From Candidatus Thorarchaeota archaeon SMTZ1-45 (GTDB taxonomy: Archaea > Asgardarchaeota > Thorarchaeia > Thorarchaeales > Thorarchaeaceae): a stretch of 51,214 bases of DNA. The notes beneath the pieces are model-generated. The model saw only the letters and a program-made list of their open reading frames with translations, was not told the origin of the DNA and ran no database searches. The position numbers were made by a program, and so were the translations under genes. The stretch is from the NCBI GenBank assembly GCA_001563335.1, contig LRSL01000072.1, forward strand, positions 1 through 51,214, in the 5' to 3' direction. Shown here one piece after another: positions 48,064 through 51,214 of this stretch (positions are counted from its first letter, which is position 1; the number at the start of each line of letters is the position of its first letter).

Positions 48064-48363
48064 ATGAAGGATGGAGTATATGAAATTGAATGCGTAAGGA
48101 AACATAATTCGCTTGACAAAGTGAATGGCTTAGGAATTCTTAACGACTATGTCCTTTCGCAGTCCCTTGCATTACTCTCTAGTCAACTCGTATCAAAAAT
48201 CGTATCCAAGTATATCGACAGCAGAATCATAATGATTGCTTCAATGACTGTTGCGATTGATAACGGAACTAAACTCGCTCGTAATACGAACATGACCATT
48301 GTTGGTTCACTGTCTAATGAGAGATCCTAATTTCATAACGAAGGTGCAATGAAAGTCATATAA
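48064..48363 (+). pseudogene. fdhD: Degenerate C-terminal fragment of FdhD (formate dehydrogenase accessory sulfurtransferase)
   Basis: VRKHNSLDKVNG resembles GRHNAxDKxxG, and LARNTNMTIVG resembles the FdhD C-terminus. The N-terminal portion is absent, and an in-frame TAA at 48328 is followed by FHNEGAMKVI. Confidence 0.65.
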
Positions 48364-48371
48364 AGAGGGAG

Positions 48372-48392
48372 TTGGAGGGAAGTTCCCTCCAA
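48372..48392. terminator. Near-perfect palindrome between convergent genes
   Basis: TTGGAGGGAA-G-TTCCCTCCAA. Confidence 0.6.
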
Positions 48393-48401
48393 GAACTTGT
48401 T

Positions 48402-48980
48402 CTATGAACTCCGCTTGTTCAATAGATACCAAATGAATACAAGCCACAGACCTGCTACAAGTATGAGTGCCTCTGTAATTGGATCAAATAAAGTCCATGC
48501 TCGTTCCAAATAGAAAAGCGCTAATCCTAGAATTAGCACGATTCTCTTGAAATCGTTCATCAATCCTGGTAGTAGAAAGATTATTGAAAGCGCAAAGACA
48601 ATGGCGAGGAAGTATAGTACAAAATTCAAAGCAGTGAATATTCTTGGAATAACATATACAGCCCAAACAACTAGGAATAGAATTGCAAATAGCATCTTCC
48701 AAGATTCAAGCCAATCTGGCTTAGAGTGTGATAGCGTCCAGACGGGTAAGAAAATTAATCCAGTTCCATATATAATGATAATGATTGACACGTCCACTAC
48801 TGTGAAGTAAACCAGCGTGAAATAGCTGAAGATTAAAATGAAAGTCAAAAATCCGTATATAGCTGTCATCTTTGCTCTACCATGAGCCTTTGAAAAATCT
48901 AGAAGATGTAGGATGGCGAGGATTACCAGGGGTATGAGAATCAATCCCGCAATAGTCAGCTCAAGTAACTCAAGTTGCAT
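48402..48980 (-). CDS. Hypothetical polytopic membrane protein (about 7 short TM)
   Basis: 192 aa, highly hydrophobic; GGAGGT SD. Confidence 0.78.
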   Translation of the reverse strand: MQLELLELTIAGLILIPLVILAILHLLDFSKAHGRAKMTAIYGFLTFILIFSYFTLVYFTVVDVSIIIIIYGTGLIFLPVWTLSHSKPDWLESWKMLFAILFLVVWAVYVIPRIFTALNFVLYFLAIVFALSIIFLLPGLMNDFKRIVLILGLALFYLERAWTLFDPITEALILVAGLWLVFIWYLLNKRSS

Positions 48981-49138
48981 GCGAATACCTCCAAATTGGA
49001 GTTAATCCATGTCACTTGCTTCTATTTGAATCATTGGAGTGGTGTGGGTGTGACGCAGTTCAACAGGCTTATAAAAGTTAGACTCGTCTAAGATTTCTGA
49101 GTACCTGCTGGTTGGGTTCTAGATTGAGTGTGAAGACA

Positions 49139-49780
49139 ATGAGCTTGAACCTCTTCTTTCGGATTTCTTTCTTGCTACTCTGGGCAATATTCGGTATTGT
49201 AAGGGGATACTATGGTCGAAAGACAAAGACCCATGATAGTCTTGTTGGAGTCAAAGAGAAACTGAAGGCTGCAGAGAGGGACATGGGTAAAGGATTCAAG
49301 ATTCTAACCGCTATGATCACAGTAATAGGTGCTGTTGGTTTAGTCCTGTATTTGCTTTCACCACCTTGGTGGACATGGACTCGGTTTCCTCTTGAAGAGT
49401 GGTTGCAGTGGATAGGTATTGTTGTTGCTATTCCACCGATATTCCACTTAATCTGGGTTCATAGACATCTGGACACACAATGGTCAATTGCATCGGAGCT
49501 ACAGGAGGATCACAAGCTCATTACTTCGGGTCCATACAAGAGGATTCGTCATCCAATGTATCTTGGTATCTTCATCTACACGATTGGATTGATTCTCATT
49601 TCATCAGACCTGTTGGTCTTAATCTTCTTCGGTTTCTCAATCTGGGTGAATTATCGGAGGATTCCTGATGAAGAACAGATGATGATAGATGAGTTTGGTG
49701 ATGAATATAGAAACTATATGAAAAGGTCTGGAAAACTACTACCTCCATTTCATAGAACTTCAAATTCGATAGAGGAATGA
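49139..49780 (+). CDS. Isoprenylcysteine carboxyl methyltransferase (ICMT/Ste14) family protein
   Basis: HKLITSGPYKRIRHPMYLG, RIPDEEQMMIDEFGDEYRNYMKR. Confidence 0.9.
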   Translation: MSLNLFFRISFLLLWAIFGIVRGYYGRKTKTHDSLVGVKEKLKAAERDMGKGFKILTAMITVIGAVGLVLYLLSPPWWTWTRFPLEEWLQWIGIVVAIPPIFHLIWVHRHLDTQWSIASELQEDHKLITSGPYKRIRHPMYLGIFIYTIGLILISSDLLVLIFFGFSIWVNYRRIPDEEQMMIDEFGDEYRNYMKRSGKLLPPFHRTSNSIEE

Positions 49781-49801
49781 CTCAGTTCGCTGCAGGTTAC
49801 A

Positions 49802-50482
49802 TCATAATATTATTAGTGTTCCGCGATCTATTGGTGTACACTCTAATGTACCTCTGACATCTACATTGTCAAGTCTTACCCAAAAATGACCTGTAGAAAC
49901 CTGACATATTAGATCTCCATAAACTATGGAATTTGTCATGTTAATTCCATTGTTGCCTGGACAATTTATACCATGATGCATGTTAATATTCGAGAAAGTT
50001 GCGCCACTGGCTGTCACATTGATATTACCATGTCCTGCTAGCGCTTCGAGATTGATTGTATATGCCCTATTGATAGTAACATTAACGAATGCTTCAGCAT
50101 CTCCTTTGTTTAGCGCACAAACATCAGCTGGGTTTTCTTTTAATATTTCAATGTAAACATACTCGTCATTCGAAGTATTCGTTACTTGAAGTCCAGTGTT
50201 TTTCCCTTTGGCTCCTTCCACTAGGACTGTTAGTTTCCAATTAATTCGGATCATATAACCAGGATCATCAACCACATTGAAAGTTACATTGTGAAAACAA
50301 ACATCATAATAGATTGAAATATTTACAGCACTTGGATAGGTATCCTCGTAAATAATCAGAGTTTCATCATAGTCGACCAATGGCGTTTGAGAGAGGTATA
50401 CATATAACAAACCAATAATCATGGCTGAAGCCAGCAACACAACAAACATAATACACATTGATCTTCTTCTCATATTCATCAC
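49802..50482 (-). CDS. Membrane-anchored beta-rich hypothetical protein (DUF4097/adhesin-like)
   Basis: RRR plus N-terminal TM; GNINVT/STGHF-type beta repeats; many NxT/S sequons. Confidence 0.6.
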   Translation of the reverse strand: MMNMRRRSMCIMFVVLLASAMIIGLLYVYLSQTPLVDYDETLIIYEDTYPSAVNISIYYDVCFHNVTFNVVDDPGYMIRINWKLTVLVEGAKGKNTGLQVTNTSNDEYVYIEILKENPADVCALNKGDAEAFVNVTINRAYTINLEALAGHGNINVTASGATFSNINMHHGINCPGNNGINMTNSIVYGDLICQVSTGHFWVRLDNVDVRGTLECTPIDRGTLIIL

Positions 50483-50660
50483 TTTCTGATTGATGATTTG
50501 TTCGAAATTGGTCTATCGTTTCTATTTCAGAATTTGTCCGTTAAATCCGTTTTTGGTATCTCATATCCTCTTTTCTAATATTATGGAGCTGCTACTAGTA
50601 TTCTCTGCTCTAACGGATGTATCCTCTCTTGAATAGTTGGGATATTATTGAAGACAGTCT

Positions 50661-51214
50661 CTATTCTTCAGGACCCAATTCTTGTTCTTTCAAGTCTCTC
50701 CGAAGTACCTTGCCCACTAGGGTTTCTGGTAGTTCCTTTCTGAATTCTACATCTTTGGGAACCTTATATGGTGATACATTCTTTCGACAGAACTCTCGAA
50801 TCTCACCAACTAACTCTTCGCTTGCTTTGAATCCATCTTTCAGAACAACATAAGCTTTGACAATATCACTACCCTTTATTTCAGGGTCTGGAATACCAAT
50901 GACAGCAGCGTTTTCAACAGCTTCATGTTCAAAAAGCACATCTTCTACCTCTCGTGGATAAACCTTAAAGCCGCTGACATTGATCATGTCTTTTTTCCTA
51001 TCAAGAATGTAGAAGTAACCATCTTCATCCATTCTTCCAATGTCACCAGTCAGAAGCCAACCATCTTTGATTTGACTAGCTGTAGCATCTGGTTTATTCC
51101 AATAGCCCATCATTACCTGCGGCCCATTAATCATTATCTCGCCTTGTTCACCTATGGGCATGATCTTTGTATAGTCATCAACATCTACTATCCTCACTTC
51201 TGTATCTGGAAGAG
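50661..51214 (-). CDS. Long-chain-fatty-acid--CoA ligase, C-terminal part (5' end outside the window)
   Basis: GPQVMMGYW, WLLTGDIG, DRKKDMINVSGFKVYPREVE, LPETLVGKVLRR; frame open to the window edge. Confidence 0.93.
   Translation of the reverse strand, partial: LPDTEVRIVDVDDYTKIMPIGEQGEIMINGPQVMMGYWNKPDATASQIKDGWLLTGDIGRMDEDGYFYILDRKKDMINVSGFKVYPREVEDVLFEHEAVENAAVIGIPDPEIKGSDIVKAYVVLKDGFKASEELVGEIREFCRKNVSPYKVPKDVEFRKELPETLVGKVLRRDLKEQELGPEE

Noticed and set aside
49139-49780. ICMT-family gene as evidence of eukaryote-like protein prenylation
   Set aside because: Ste14/ICMT-like proteins are widespread in prokaryotes, and no prenyltransferase or CaaX substrate is evident in the window.
1146-50853. 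Many short ORF-track entries nested in or antisense to longer genes
   Set aside because: They overlap well-supported CDS and have no motifs or ribosome-binding sites.

Overview
AT-rich, gene-dense archaeal chromosomal window, most likely from an Asgard archaeon (Thorarchaeota-like). That assignment is an inference from gene content: eS26, a single-domain gelsolin-like protein, EMC3/TMCO1, CofE, tandem 'IDLxPL' LRR proteins and C-terminally anchored surface proteins. About 55 CDS are supported. I saw no rRNA, tRNA, CRISPR array or transposase. Signals not explained by the ORF track: (1) a probable unannotated structured ncRNA at ~43530-43675 on the minus strand, with G-U wobbles that fix the strand and repeated UCUCG motifs; (2) a second structured or repeat element at ~38870-39034; (3) the same 29-bp pseudo-palindrome in front of two thioredoxin-fold loci 34 kb apart, a candidate redox regulon; (4) triple ATGT-N8-ACAT boxes in front of a PadR gene; (5) a MoxR/VWA pair whose VWA partner starts with an AAA-lid-like segment; (6) a coupled pair of Zn-ribbon+B-box membrane proteins divergent from a CYSTM-like micro-protein; (7) a HEAT-repeat/MCM-like winged-helix fusion coupled to Lys-tailed proteins; (8) a missed minus-strand gene with a long D-H-D-x repeat; (9) two decayed genes (tlpA-like, fdhD). 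All calls come from reading the sequence by eye; no searches were run.
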